From: an uncultured cyanobacterium
GTDB lineage: Bacteria > Cyanobacteriota > Cyanobacteriia > Leptolyngbyales > Leptolyngbyaceae
Assembly: GCA_963766075.1 (NCBI GenBank)
Contig: CAVYAN010000061.1
Span: 32,001 to 96,000 of the forward strand
Reading direction: 5' to 3'
Length of the DNA stretch: 64,000 nt
Positions 29,425 through 40,383 of the stretch are shown piece after piece. Below the pieces are notes generated by a model that did no database searches, was not told where the DNA came from, and saw only the letters and a list, made by a program, of their open reading frames with translations. The position numbers and the translations under genes are program-made. The number at the start of each line of letters is the position of its first letter. Positions within the stretch are counted from its first letter, which is position 1.

Positions 29425-30135
29425 TGAACAGACCTTTAAAACCTTAAATATAAAAAACGAAGTGTTAAGAGTCGAACAAACCTACGGGGCAATAACCTGC
29501 GGGACAATATTCAGATGCCCTGCCAACCCCACCATCGCCCCAGAGTCCCTAGACGCAGTTGACCTGGCACGCCAGCAATGCTTGCTTGCAATTCTTAAAG
29601 GTGGTTTACGATTCTTGTGATTGTGTCAAGTTTACCGGGTTCCATCGCTAAAATCCGCAGGTGGGGCTAAAAACAACTTATATAGAAGTCTGTTAAACGA
29701 TATATAAGTTGGATTAATAATTTTTTTACAATCCAATGATGTGTATCGAAAAAAGCCTATGATGTTTGAGGCAGAAAAGGAGTCTGGCGATCGCCTGACA
29801 CTATGAATCTGTCCAATGAATAAATTCGATTTTTATAATTACGGAGAAAAGCGGTCAGCCGTCAGCTACCTGCCTGGAGTATCACGCAACAGGGGATGGA
29901 AATCTGCACTCTCGAGCTGTCTCCTCGTTTAATCAGTCGGACTAATGCGTCAAATTTGTAACTATCATTGGACTTTATATTGTCAAGTGTCAACGGCAAT
30001 CCTATTCTTAAAGAGCGAATAGTAAAAACTTCTTTTAAAATCCTGAAAACATGGCATTTCCCGTCAAAATTTTGGAATCGCTATGTCTGGGGTGTGGATT
30101 TTACTCGCGTGAGGCGCATATTTAGGAGGGCGATT

Positions 30136-30444
30136 ATGCCGATTGCGGTTGGAATGATTGAAACGCGGGGTTTTCCCGCTATTGTTGAAGCGGCTGACGC
30201 TATGGTGAAAGCCGCGCGGGTCACCCTCGTCGGCTATGAGAAAATTGGCAGCGGTCGCGTGACCGTGATCGTCCGGGGCGATGTTTCCGAAGTGCAAGCT
30301 TCGATTTCTGCGGGTCTGGAATCGATCAAACGGGTGAACGGTGGCGAGTTTGCCTCCAGTCATATCATTGCCCGTCCCCACGAAAACTTGGAATACGTTC
30401 TACCGATTCGGTATACCGAGGCTGTAGAACAGTTCCGCTCCTAG
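30136..30444 (+). CDS. ccmK2: Carboxysome shell hexamer CcmK2
   Basis: 102-aa BMC domain [34 protein letters not shown]. Confidence 0.93.
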   Translation: MPIAVGMIETRGFPAIVEAADAMVKAARVTLVGYEKIGSGRVTVIVRGDVSEVQASISAGLESIKRVNGGEFASSHIIARPHENLEYVLPIRYTEAVEQFRS

Positions 30445-30558
30445 GTGTGATGTGGTAGGTTGCACAGCAGCATCCTTAGGGACTGCTAGGGGCAACGTCC
30501 TGAACCATGCCTGATTGATGTTTGTCGAATTTAATTAATTGGAAGGGAGATAGTTACG

Positions 30559-30897
30559 ATGGCAATTGCAGTTGGAATGGTTGAAACTTTGGGTTTTCCT
30601 GCCGTGGTTGAAGCAGCAGACGCAATGGTCAAGGCGGCTCGCGTGACCCTGGTGGGCTACGAAAAGATTGGCAGCGGTCGGGTAACGGTGATTGTGCGGG
30701 GTGACGTTTCGGAAGTACAAGCCTCCGTCGCCGCTGGGATTGAAAATGTGAAGCGGGTTAACGGTGGGCAAGTGCTCTCCACTCACATCATTGCGCGCCC
30801 CCACGAAAACCTGGAGTACGTTCTGCCCATTCGCTACACGGAAGCTGTAGAACCCTTCCGCGAGAGCGTTAGCGGCATTCGTCCCCTTAGCCGCTAG
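30559..30897 (+). CDS. ccmK1: Carboxysome shell hexamer CcmK1
   Basis: BMC domain with C-terminal extension [11 protein letters not shown]. Confidence 0.93.
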   Translation: MAIAVGMVETLGFPAVVEAADAMVKAARVTLVGYEKIGSGRVTVIVRGDVSEVQASVAAGIENVKRVNGGQVLSTHIIARPHENLEYVLPIRYTEAVEPFRESVSGIRPLSR

Positions 30898-30906
30898 TAG
30901 GCTCTG

Positions 30907-31206
30907 ATGCAAATCGCTAGAGTTCTGGGCACAGTCACCAGTACCCAAAAAGAGCCCAGCCTGCGTGGCATTAAGTTCTTGGTGCTGCAACTGATGGATG
31001 AAGCGGGGCAGCCAATTCCTGGTTATGAAGTCGCTGCGGATAACGTAGGGGCGGGCGTGAGTGAGTGGGTACTGGTCAGTTATGGCAGTGCTGCTCGCCA
31101 AGTCCAAGGAAGTGAGCAACGCCCCGTCGATGCCGCTGTCATTGCCATTATTGATACGATAAGTGTCGAAAATGGCCTGTTGTACAGCAAGCGGGAGCAG
31201 TACTAG
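30907..31206 (+). CDS. ccmL: Carboxysome vertex pentamer CcmL
   Basis: MQIARVLGTVTSTQKEPSL, VAADNVGAG, GSAAR, PVDAAVIAIID. Confidence 0.96.
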   Translation: MQIARVLGTVTSTQKEPSLRGIKFLVLQLMDEAGQPIPGYEVAADNVGAGVSEWVLVSYGSAARQVQGSEQRPVDAAVIAIIDTISVENGLLYSKREQY

Positions 31207-31497
31207 GGCGATCGCCGCGCTCTTTTTACGGGCAGGGCAAGTTGGGTGACGGGAACGAAGCCCAACTTCTTGGTGCTGTTAAGTCTGATTCCACCCCAAG
31301 CGGTTTTTACAGTTCGCATCATGAGAGTTTGACTGTTCATCCTTCAGGACTTAGGCGTTTTAGGGTCTATGCAGTTTCAGTTCACACATCCTGAATCCAG
31401 ACTCTGGATGTGCGTTCTCGGTTTATGTCGGTTTATATCTTGAGCAAGTTTCTGGAAACTATTCAGGCTTGCCTGCTATTCCGTTGGGAGAATTGAT

Positions 31498-33468
31498 ATG
31501 GCAGTCCGTACCTCTGCGGCTCCTCCCACGCCTTGGGCGAAAACCTTTGCCGAACCTCAGATTGACCAATCTGCTTACGTGCACTCGTTCTCGAACTTGG
31601 TGGGTGATGTCCGCATTGGAGCCAATGTAATGATTGCACCCGGAACGTCGATTCGGGCGGAGGCGGGGGCACCGTTCCACATTGGCGATCGCGCCAGTCT
31701 TCAAGACGGCGTTGTCGTGAGTGGTCTGGAACACGGTCGTGTCCTGGGCGCCGATGGACAACCCTATTCCGTTTGGATTGGGGCAGATGTGTCAATTACC
31801 CACATGGCACTGGTTCATGGCCCTGCGTACATTGGCGATCAGTGTTTTATTGGCTTTCGCTCCACCGTGTTCAATGCGCGGGTGAACGAGGGTTGTATTG
31901 TGATGATGCACTGTCTGATTCAGGATGTGGAAATTCCGCCTGGAAAGTATGTGCCGTCCGGTTCCATGATTACGACTCAGCAGCAGGCCGATCGGTTACC
32001 GGATGTCCAAGACCGGGACCGCCAGTTTGCCTCCCACGTTGTGGGAATTAATGATGCACTGCGATCGGGCTATCACAGTGCGGAGAGCGTCGCTAGTATT
32101 GCCCCGATCCAACAAGAACTCAACCACACCGCTATAGAAATGAACACACACACCTCCGGCTCGCTGGATGCCAGCGTCGTCAATCATGTCCGCCAACTGC
32201 TGTCCCAGGGCTACCGCATCGGTACGGAACACGCCAATCCTCGCCATTTCCAAATTAGTTCGTGGAAAAGCTGCGCACTGATTCAATCCACCCGTGAAGC
32301 TGAGGTATTGGGAGCGCTGAAGGGCTGCCTCGCCGATCACGCTGGAGACTATGTGCGCCTGATCGGGATTGATCCCAAGGCCAAGCGCCGCGTGCTGGAA
32401 ACGATTATTCAACGTCCCGACGGCAAGCCTGTGCAAGTGACACAGAAAGTGAGCTATGCGGCGGCCCCCTCCACAGCCTCGGCGGTTGGTGCTAGCGGTG
32501 GCAGTGGTCTGAGCCCGGATGTGATTGGTCAAATTCGTCAGCTTCTGGCCCAGGGTGCGAAAATTGGCATGGAACATGCCGATCCTCGCCGTTATCGCAC
32601 GAGTTCTTGGACCAGTTGTACTCCTATCCAATCTACGAGTGAAGGCGCAGTGCTGTCGGCTTTACAAGCCTGCATGGCCGAACACGCAGGCGAGTATGTG
32701 CGGGTGATTGGGATTGATCCACAGGCGAAGCGCCGGTTGGCAGAAATTACGATTCAGCGTCCGGGGGACACCAAGCCCAGTTCAGGGGGTGGCACGTCCT
32801 ATGTTGCACCCACAAGTTCGGGAGCCGCAGCCAGCGGTGGAGGAACACGTTTAGGTTCAGCCGCACAACAAGTGGGGGCGATGATTGCCCAAGGCTGTAC
32901 GATTGGCTTGGAAACGGCAGATGAGCGCCGATTTAAGATTGGTTCCTGGACGAGTGCAGGAACTATTCCGGCGCGGAGTCAGGCAGAGGCGATCGCGGCT
33001 CTAGAATCTTTCATCGCCAGCCACAGCGGTCAGTTTATCCGGGTGGTGGGTATTGATCCTAAGGCCAAGCGCCGTGTGGCTGAAGTGGTCGTCCATCGTC
33101 CAGGGCAGTCGGCAACGGCCAATGCAGCCCCGACTAGCTACAGTGCATCGTCAGGGCATGGAGCGGGCCACGGCGCTGCACCTGCTGCCAACGGCAAGGG
33201 CAAGTTAAACGGTGCTGTGGCAGATCAGGTGCGGCAACTGCTGACCCAAAGCTACAAGATTGGCGTGGAATATGCCGATGAGCGCCGCTACCGGGCCAGC
33301 ACTTGGCAAACGGGTACCTCGATTCCGGCGGGCCATGAGTCTAGTGTGATGGCGGCCTTGGAGTCTTTCCTGGGAGAACACCCGAAGGACTATGTGCGCT
33401 TGGTCGGGATTGATCCCAAAGCCAAACGACGGGTCACAGAAACGGTGATTTACAAGCCGAGTAAGTAG
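31498..33468 (+). CDS. ccmM: Carboxysome assembly protein CcmM (gamma-CA-like domain + 4 SSUL repeats)
   Basis: AAPPTPW, hexapeptide domain, four RbcS-like repeats ending GIDP(K/Q)AKRR. Confidence 0.96.
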   Translation: MAVRTSAAPPTPWAKTFAEPQIDQSAYVHSFSNLVGDVRIGANVMIAPGTSIRAEAGAPFHIGDRASLQDGVVVSGLEHGRVLGADGQPYSVWIGADVSITHMALVHGPAYIGDQCFIGFRSTVFNARVNEGCIVMMHCLIQDVEIPPGKYVPSGSMITTQQQADRLPDVQDRDRQFASHVVGINDALRSGYHSAESVASIAPIQQELNHTAIEMNTHTSGSLDASVVNHVRQLLSQGYRIGTEHANPRHFQISSWKSCALIQSTREAEVLGALKGCLADHAGDYVRLIGIDPKAKRRVLETIIQRPDGKPVQVTQKVSYAAAPSTASAVGASGGSGLSPDVIGQIRQLLAQGAKIGMEHADPRRYRTSSWTSCTPIQSTSEGAVLSALQACMAEHAGEYVRVIGIDPQAKRRLAEITIQRPGDTKPSSGGGTSYVAPTSSGAAASGGGTRLGSAAQQVGAMIAQGCTIGLETADERRFKIGSWTSAGTIPARSQAEAIAALESFIASHSGQFIRVVGIDPKAKRRVAEVVVHRPGQSATANAAPTSYSASSGHGAGHGAAPAANGKGKLNGAVADQVRQLLTQSYKIGVEYADERRYRASTWQTGTSIPAGHESSVMAALESFLGEHPKDYVRLVGIDPKAKRRVTETVIYKPSK

Positions 33469-33546
33469 GAGTTGAGAAGCCTAGGATGCTGGCAGAGGGT
33501 GGGACATTCTGCGCACCCCATCCAGCATCCTGACTTCCACAGAATT

Positions 33547-34599
33547 ATGACTATGTTGCCGTCACTTCAATTGCGTCCTCTGAGTACATCCCACTATTAC
33601 CTGAGTGGAGATGTTGTGATTGACGCAGGCGTGGCGATCGCCCCTGGGGTGATGATCCAGGCGGATCCCCAGACCAAGGTGATTATTCACTCCGGTGTTG
33701 TGATTGGCAGTGGTACAGTTATCCACGCCAATCATGGCAGTATTGAGATTGGGGCCGGGGCCATCATCGGCGCAGAAGTTTTACTGGTTGGTAATATCCA
33801 AATTGGCGAGCAGGCGTGCATTGGGGCGGCGAGCACAATTTTCCACCGTCCTGCGCTGATCGGCAAGGTTGCGCTGCAAATCGGGGCAGGCGATTTAATT
33901 CCTCCGGGGGCGTTATTGGGCGATACCAGTCGCAAGGCCGAATCGGCACCCCACGCAACCCCTGGTATGACTGATGGGGCAACTGTGACCGATGGGGCAA
34001 CGGCCAATTCTTCTGTTCCTAGCGCCGCTGCTATGGGGGCACCCATGGGGACTGCCGCCCACAATGCTCCTAGAAATGGCAGCGCGACTAGCTATTCCAA
34101 TCCTGGCTATTCCAATCCTGGGTATCCCAATCCTGGAGTCAATGGACAGTCGGGGAATGCCGCCCCTCCTGCCGATGTCTCCCTACAGGGACAAACAGGC
34201 TTTGCGGCCTCCGCAACCCACGGGTTTGTGGGAGTTCCCCAAACTGAATCTACCTCTGAGGCTGGAACGGCTCCGTTTAGCGCCGGGAATTCCTATTTTC
34301 AGGCACCGACATCAAGACAGCCGGATTTGCCCTGCCAACCGTTTACTGAGACTCCTCTGCCCTCAATCGGTACGCCTCCCCCGCCAACCCGAGTAGCTCC
34401 TCAGCCCAGCTATCCGGGACCGTTTACGATGCCTAAAGCAGATGTCCCGTCTCCGGTTCCTGTGTCCCCTGAACATTCTCCGGAATCAGATTCGACTGCG
34501 ATACAACCCAGCACCAACGGTGCCGGAACGGTGAATTACGTGAATCAAATGTTGGGGCGGATGTTCCCCACCGTGGGAACCACTCGCAAACCTGATTAG
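33547..34599 (+). CDS. ccmN: Carboxysome assembly protein CcmN
   Basis: Hexapeptide N-domain SGDVVIDAGVAIAPGV, long Pro/Ser linker, C-terminal helix YVNQMLGRMFP. Confidence 0.9.
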   Translation: MTMLPSLQLRPLSTSHYYLSGDVVIDAGVAIAPGVMIQADPQTKVIIHSGVVIGSGTVIHANHGSIEIGAGAIIGAEVLLVGNIQIGEQACIGAASTIFHRPALIGKVALQIGAGDLIPPGALLGDTSRKAESAPHATPGMTDGATVTDGATANSSVPSAAAMGAPMGTAAHNAPRNGSATSYSNPGYSNPGYPNPGVNGQSGNAAPPADVSLQGQTGFAASATHGFVGVPQTESTSEAGTAPFSAGNSYFQAPTSRQPDLPCQPFTETPLPSIGTPPPPTRVAPQPSYPGPFTMPKADVPSPVPVSPEHSPESDSTAIQPSTNGAGTVNYVNQMLGRMFPTVGTTRKPD

Positions 34600-35195
34600 G
34601 CTCCATTGCTGATGGTTAATCGGCAAGTTTTGATGGCTAAATTCAGCAATGGTTCGTGCTGATGATTCCTTAGGTTGGCCGAGAGGGTTGCAATCGTCGG
34701 TGCCACTATCCTTGTCTCTATCAGTTGGGCAGACGGTTTATCGATTCTTCATGCAAAGTTTCGGGATTTCTTTCAGGATCTCTCTGAGTCGGTGGGAATA
34801 CTTAAAAGTACCCTATGCCATTTATTCATGACACCACAAAAGGTGCTGAACCCTGCTCAATGGCGTGATTCATCAGCGATCGCGCCGTTGCGGTACTGCT
34901 TGCCGTCACCCCAAAATAGATTAGCAAAAGCAACACGGGCGGATCGTTCGATCCCGATGTTCCTGGACAGCCGCACGGCGTCAATCCTACCGGAGCGGGG
35001 CACTGGCGTTGTCAAAGGCTCCAAAGATTTAGGAATCCCTATAATCAGTGACCTCACAAAGGGCTGGCTAGCCGTTGATGAAGACTTGCTAGCGGGAAGT
35101 GCACGAACGGGACTAACGCCAACTGACCCGATACAATGTTGGCGAGGGAACGTGCAAGATGTGTTGTTATTGAGTGTCCTGTGGAGGTGCTGGGG

Positions 35196-36431
35196 ATGAG
35201 AATACCTGCGTGGCTGACGAGAAACAATGTGGTCAAAGGGGCTGCTGCCCTGGTGATTGGTGGCGCAGCGTCCTTCCTTGCCTATGGCCTTTACACGGGA
35301 CATGTGAAGACGGGATTCCTAGCGGATGAAAAGGTCACCAAGAGTGAAAAGAGAAATGATGAGAGGGAACTGATTGAAACCGTCACGACCACTACCGTTC
35401 AGGATGCAAAGACGCTGTGGGAGTGGTTGCAGCTCTCTAGCACACTGGCTATTCCGGTTTTAATTGCGGTTTTAATCTATCAATTGCGACAGCGCGATCA
35501 AATCCGCGCTATTGAGCAAGCCGAAACGGACCGCAAACGGGCTGAAGACCAAGCTGTCCTGGAACGGGAAATAGTAGACAACAATCAAAAAGAGGAAGCC
35601 CTTCAGGCGTATTTTGATCGGCTATCGGACCTGTTAGTCGAGCAAAACTTGATTGCGATCGCGATGGAACTGAACAATCAGCCAGAGGCGCAGCAAGATA
35701 TTGCCAAACGGGAAAAGCTGAATGCCGCTGTCGATGTGATTCGCGCCCGCACATTAGCGATTTTGCGCCGATTTGGCAAGGATGGAGAGCGGAAAAGGCA
35801 TGTGATTCAATTCTTGATTGAAGCAGAAGTCCTGGGCAAGTTAAAACTTCGGCTCAGCGGGGCCAACCTGAGCGATGTCTTCCTCAGTAGTGCCAACCTG
35901 AGCGGAGCAAACCTCAGTAATGTGGATCTCAGCGGGGCCAATCTCTTTGGGGCGAACCTCAGTGGGGCGAACCTCAGCAGCGCCAAACTCAGCGGGGCCG
36001 ACCTGCGGGGGGCCAAGCTCAGTGGCGCTGACCTCAATAATACCGATCTCAGTGGAGCCAACCTTTTCAGTGCTTATCTGAGTGGGGCTTATCTGAGTGG
36101 GGCCTATCTGCGAGGGGCCAACCTCAGTGGGGCTGACCTCAGTAATACGGATCTGAGCCTTGCTAATCTGAGCTTGGCCAAACTGAGTGATGCCGACCTC
36201 AGCCTTGCCAACCTCAGCCTTGCTAAACTGAGCGATGCTGACCTGAGCGGTGCTTTCCTGAGCGGGGCCTATCTAAGCGGAGCCTACCTGAGTGGGGCTA
36301 ACCTCGGCAGTGCAAAAACGCTGACCCAAGAGCAGCTAGATGTGGCCAAGCTCTGCAAAACTAAGTTGCCTCAGGGGATAACGCTGAGTCCGAACCGTGA
36401 TTGCAATGCCTTGGGCCTGACTGAAAGCTAA
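35196..36431 (+). CDS. Membrane-anchored pentapeptide repeat protein
   Basis: 2 hydrophobic segments, KTLWEWLQL, IRARTLAILRR, then many A(N/D/Y/K)LS(G/L) repeats; GGAGG RBS. Confidence 0.88.
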   Translation: MRIPAWLTRNNVVKGAAALVIGGAASFLAYGLYTGHVKTGFLADEKVTKSEKRNDERELIETVTTTTVQDAKTLWEWLQLSSTLAIPVLIAVLIYQLRQRDQIRAIEQAETDRKRAEDQAVLEREIVDNNQKEEALQAYFDRLSDLLVEQNLIAIAMELNNQPEAQQDIAKREKLNAAVDVIRARTLAILRRFGKDGERKRHVIQFLIEAEVLGKLKLRLSGANLSDVFLSSANLSGANLSNVDLSGANLFGANLSGANLSSAKLSGADLRGAKLSGADLNNTDLSGANLFSAYLSGAYLSGAYLRGANLSGADLSNTDLSLANLSLAKLSDADLSLANLSLAKLSDADLSGAFLSGAYLSGAYLSGANLGSAKTLTQEQLDVAKLCKTKLPQGITLSPNRDCNALGLTES

Positions 36432-36607
36432 TTCATCTGGGGGCGCACTCAAGAGGCGCACTCAAGACTAGATGAGCTTGCAGGGAAAAGCTTGGGGTGG
36501 GGTCAGGTTTGGGGGCGGACTGTGCTGCTAAACCTGACCCTATCCGTTAAAACAGCCTCAACTCATGAAAGAATGGGGGTTGGTTTAGCCAGCGTCTTCT
36601 ATGTTTT

Positions 36608-36937
36608 ATGTCCAATACCTATACTGTTGAGATTAGCCACCAAGGGCAGACCCACACGATCCAAGTCCCTGACGATCGCCCCATTTTGACTGTGGCGAAT
36701 GAGCTGGGCTTAGATCTTCCTTCTTCCTGCACCGCTGGGATTTGCACGACCTGTGCGGCTCAAGTCACCCATGGCACCGTGGATCAGCCCGATGCCATGG
36801 GTGTTAGTCCTGAAATGAAGGAAAAGGGATTTGCCCTGCTGTGTGTGTCTTATGCGCGATCGGATTTGAAGATCGAAACAGAAAAAGAGGATGCGGTCTA
36901 TCAACTTCAATTTGGTCAGTATCAGCAGCAAAAGTAG
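36608..36937 (+). CDS. 2Fe-2S ferredoxin with C-terminal extension (Fed2/FdC2-like)
   Basis: SSCTAGICTTCAA...LLCVSY; tail EKEDAVYQLQFG. Confidence 0.9.
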   Translation: MSNTYTVEISHQGQTHTIQVPDDRPILTVANELGLDLPSSCTAGICTTCAAQVTHGTVDQPDAMGVSPEMKEKGFALLCVSYARSDLKIETEKEDAVYQLQFGQYQQQK

Positions 36938-36967
36938 CCACATCCGTACACCTCGCCGAGGCATGGC

Positions 36968-37183
36968 GTGATCACCCAGTTCATCACAACCGAAGTGGCA
37001 CGGCCTGAGATGGCCAGCGAGTTACCGCAGGCGATCGCCCTAGCCCTGAGCGCCTCGGGTGAGCCTTTGCGCTGGGCGATTACGGCAGTCCGAGCTGATC
37101 GGCAAGCCGTGGTGGTGGAGGCGATCGTCACCCTCAGGGATGAGGCCATCCCAAGTGCGTCCTCCCCGCCCGCCTCTCTATAG
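36968..37183 (+). CDS. Small conserved cyanobacterial hypothetical protein
   Basis: TQFITTEV...GEPLRWAITAV...VVEAIVT pattern recalled from genes following Fed2-type ferredoxins. Confidence 0.6.
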   Translation: MITQFITTEVARPEMASELPQAIALALSASGEPLRWAITAVRADRQAVVVEAIVTLRDEAIPSASSPPASL

Positions 37184-37220
37184 CGTTCCCCAGCCGATAA
37201 CCCCAAACAAAGCCACCGCT

Positions 37221-38531
37221 ATGACGACTCCCAAGATTATTGTCCTGGATGATGACCCAACGGGTTCCCAGACGGTGCATAGCTGTTTACTGCTGACCCA
37301 GTGGGATATGGAAACGCTCCTGATTGGCTTGAGGGATGCTGCGCCGATTTTCTTTGTGCTAACGAATACGCGGGCCTTGACCCCGGAAAAGGCTGCTGCC
37401 GTCACGCGGGAGGTCTGTCAGAATTTGCAGCGGGCGATCGCCGCCGCCAATATTCACGACTTTCTGGTGGTCAGCCGCTCCGATTCCACCCTGCGGGGTC
37501 ACTATCCGGTTGAAACGGACGTAATTGCTGAGGAACTCGGCCCCTTTGATGCCCATTTCTTGGTTCCTGCCTTTTTTGAAGGGGGACGCACCACCCGTGA
37601 TAGTATCCATTACCTCAAGGTCAACGGTATCGATACACCAGTCCATGAAACGGAATTTGCTCGCGATTCGGTTTTTGCCTACAGTCATAGCTATCTGCCC
37701 GACTATGTGGCCGAGAAAACCCAAGGCCGAATTCCAGCCCAGCAGGTGGAGCGCTTTCTGCTGGCGGATATCCGGGCGGGCAGTTTAGACCGCTTGCTAC
37801 GCCTGCACGACAACCAATGCGGTGTGGTGGACGGTGAAACCCAGACAGATTTGGATCGATTTGCCCAGGATATTTTGGCCGCAGCGGCTCAGGGCAAGCG
37901 ATTTTTGTTTCGCAGTGCGGCCAGCATTCTCACGGCTTTGGCGGCATTGCCTCCCCAGGCGATCGCCCCTGCAGATATGGCTACCTATGTTCGGAACGGT
38001 AAACCCGGTGCCATCATCGTCGGTTCCCACGTCAAAAAAACCACCGAGCAGTTGCAGCATCTCCTCCAGCAACCCGGCATCGTCGGCGTGGAAATTGATG
38101 TCGCCCAGATCCTCACGCCGGGTGGCCCCGCTGCCCTCCTACAAGCCACTTTGGAAAAAGTCAGCACAATCCATGCGGCGGGTAACACCCCCGCCATCTA
38201 CACCAGTCGGCAGGAGCTTAGCTTCGAGGATGTCCAAACCCGCCTCAACTTCGGCGAATCTGTTTCTAATTTACTCATGGACGTGATTCGCCATCTCCCC
38301 GCCGATATTGGCTTTCTGATCAGCAAAGGTGGCATTACTTCTAACGATACCCTCAGCCGTGGATTGGCATTGAGGACCGCTCGACTCCTCGGTCAAGTCC
38401 TCGCCGGGGTTTCCATGGTCCGCACCCCTGCTGATCATCCCCAATATCCCGATCTGCCAGTGGTGTTATTTCCTGGGAATGTCGGCGATGCCACCGCCCT
38501 GGCCACGGTTTATCAACGCCTCAGTGGGTAG
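37221..38531 (+). CDS. Four-carbon acid sugar kinase family protein (DUF1537)
   Basis: IIVLDDDPTGSQTVH, SRSDSTLRGH, SKGGITS, FPGNVGD. Confidence 0.9.
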   Translation: MTTPKIIVLDDDPTGSQTVHSCLLLTQWDMETLLIGLRDAAPIFFVLTNTRALTPEKAAAVTREVCQNLQRAIAAANIHDFLVVSRSDSTLRGHYPVETDVIAEELGPFDAHFLVPAFFEGGRTTRDSIHYLKVNGIDTPVHETEFARDSVFAYSHSYLPDYVAEKTQGRIPAQQVERFLLADIRAGSLDRLLRLHDNQCGVVDGETQTDLDRFAQDILAAAAQGKRFLFRSAASILTALAALPPQAIAPADMATYVRNGKPGAIIVGSHVKKTTEQLQHLLQQPGIVGVEIDVAQILTPGGPAALLQATLEKVSTIHAAGNTPAIYTSRQELSFEDVQTRLNFGESVSNLLMDVIRHLPADIGFLISKGGITSNDTLSRGLALRTARLLGQVLAGVSMVRTPADHPQYPDLPVVLFPGNVGDATALATVYQRLSG

Positions 38532-38542
38532 GTACAATTAAT

Positions 38543-38596
38543 AGCTCCCCGGCATTTAATTAAGATCCCCGGCATTTTGAGAAATGCCGGGGAGCT
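38543..38596. repeat. Hairpin repeat / terminator with a duplicated arm
   Basis: TCCCCGGCATTT occurs twice, then AAATGCCGGGGA completes a stem-loop. Confidence 0.65.
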
Positions 38597-38622
38597 TAAA
38601 ACGCACAGTTTAACTATGCTTT

Positions 38623-38990
38623 CTAACGTTCTAAAACCCTGGAATAGCCCACATCCATCAGACATCCTTGCAGCATATTCGCCCCAATTCCTGCTTCGCG
38701 GCAAACCGCTTCGGCGTGACGAATCTGATCAGGCATTAAGGATGCCAAACTGTGATAGCGCTTGGGAAATTGGCGATCGGTAAATGTCGTTGTTGATTGT
38801 CCCGGTTCATAGTCAAACAAGGATTCTTCCGATTTGATTCGCCAACTGTCCCCAAAGTCCCCATTGAGTTTATCGAAAAATTCGCGCTCCACTGTATCCA
38901 GGGGCACTGGCACTGGCAGAAAGTTCGACAGGGCGGATTTGACCGAACCAGACTCCGCTCAGGGAGCAATCTTCCGCTGGCTTCGACTCC
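38623..38990 (-). pseudogene. Fragment of a VWD (von Willebrand D)-type extracellular protein gene
   Basis: FGDSWRIKSEESLFDYEPGQSTTTFTDRQFP...AEAVCREAG...GCLMDVG resembles segments after bacterial VWD domains; in-frame stop upstream, no convincing start. Confidence 0.55.
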
Positions 38991-39631
38991 GCTCAGCCAG
39001 CGGCTCTATTACCTAGCAGGTATATTATTTCTTGGAAATCACCTTAAACATAAGGCTCGATGGATCACAAATCGAACTTTGCATCACTCAACAGGTCGAG
39101 GCCCTGGCCAAACTAGCCATCCTGCGCTAAGTTCTCTGCTCTGCTGGACAACATCCACCAAGTAATTCACTGCCCTGAATCTCGCAAAATTACTCGATTA
39201 GGTGGATGCTGATTGTCGATATCGGAGATCCGCCGAGGCTTGCGAAGCCCAGAGATTTTGTTTTTTGGAATCACCTAACGGCTTGTCGTTTTCGTCGTTT
39301 TCAATAAATGCTTCATCAAACAGCAAGACTTATTAATTTTTTCGTAAAGGATGGTGAATATGAAGTGGGTTTTTCATTGCTTGTGGGAAGGTAGGAGTGT
39401 CAGTTGATTCTCCGCAGTTGTGTTGAGCGAATACATCTACTGAACCGTTAAATCGGTTGCAGATTGGGCAATTGTGGAGATTGCAGGGTAGCGAATATCA
39501 CATCGGTCTTGAATAGCAAAAGTTCCGAAGCAATCACCGTTAATTGAGAGTTTGTGTGGGTGCATCATTGCGTGATCGGTCAATATCTACCGCAACGTTG
39601 TACACAATAATTCATCAGTAGAGGATTTGAT

Positions 39632-40150
39632 ATGATGCGTCGTTTTGGAATGGCTGCTGCAACTGTATTTGCAGGGCTAATGTCTGCTGTATCTGGAGTT
39701 TCGGCACAAACGATTGATGTGCCTTTTAATGGGTTCGTGGGGAATGTTTGCACATTTGATAATTTAACCGCTGGGGTTTTAGCCACTAACTCTACTGCCA
39801 AAACTATTCTTTCATCCACACAACCGGGCGGTTCAGATGCTACGGTACGACTGAATTGCAATGGCAGTGCCCGGATTTCAGTCGGCGATATGGTGGCAGA
39901 GAACACGCTATCGGCCAATCTCTTGGCGGGAACCACCGTCAGCTTATCTAGTCGAGGCACATCTGTGTATCAATCCAATGATCTTAAGGCACAAACAAGT
40001 AATGGTGTAGCTCAAACTGTGACTGCAAATACAGTGACATTTAGTGGTTCTCCTATCAGTTTGCGAGTACAAATGTTCATTAATGCAAACAGTACTATGC
40101 CCGGTGGTGCCTACTCATTCACCGTTCCAGTGACGGCAACTCCGCTGTAG
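39632..40150 (+). CDS. Secreted pilin-like subunit (chaperone-usher type)
   Basis: Signal peptide ending VSA-Q; beta-rich; DVPFNGFV..C..., second Cys, C-terminal GAYSFTVPVTATP. Confidence 0.65.
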   Translation: MMRRFGMAAATVFAGLMSAVSGVSAQTIDVPFNGFVGNVCTFDNLTAGVLATNSTAKTILSSTQPGGSDATVRLNCNGSARISVGDMVAENTLSANLLAGTTVSLSSRGTSVYQSNDLKAQTSNGVAQTVTANTVTFSGSPISLRVQMFINANSTMPGGAYSFTVPVTATPL

Positions 40151-40204
40151 TCCTTCAAGACTTTCATGCCTGACCCAAGATCAAGGTAATACCTCTTGGG
40201 TCAA

Positions 40205-40272
40205 TCCCCCAGATCCCAATGCTACGGGAACCCTATTCCTCAAAGTCCCTCAACATTGGGAATTTGGGGGGC
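40205..40272. repeat. Cyanobacterial intergenic palindromic repeat
   Basis: CCCCCAGATCCCAATG ... CATTGGGAATTTGGGGGG arms. Confidence 0.5.
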
Positions 40273-40383
40273 GCAGGCATAACTTGACCGACAACTAAAA
40301 AAGATTGGATTAAAGGGTGCACCTACATTACTATTGCGCACTCCTGCTTTCACTTGATAACGAACAATATAATTTTTAATGCG

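Noticed and set aside
34675..35199. 174-aa ORF after ccmN as ccmO
   Set aside because: No BMC-domain motifs, TTG start and no recognisable family
35850..36310. 15-bp periodic DNA repeats
   Set aside because: Fully explained by the pentapeptide-repeat coding sequence
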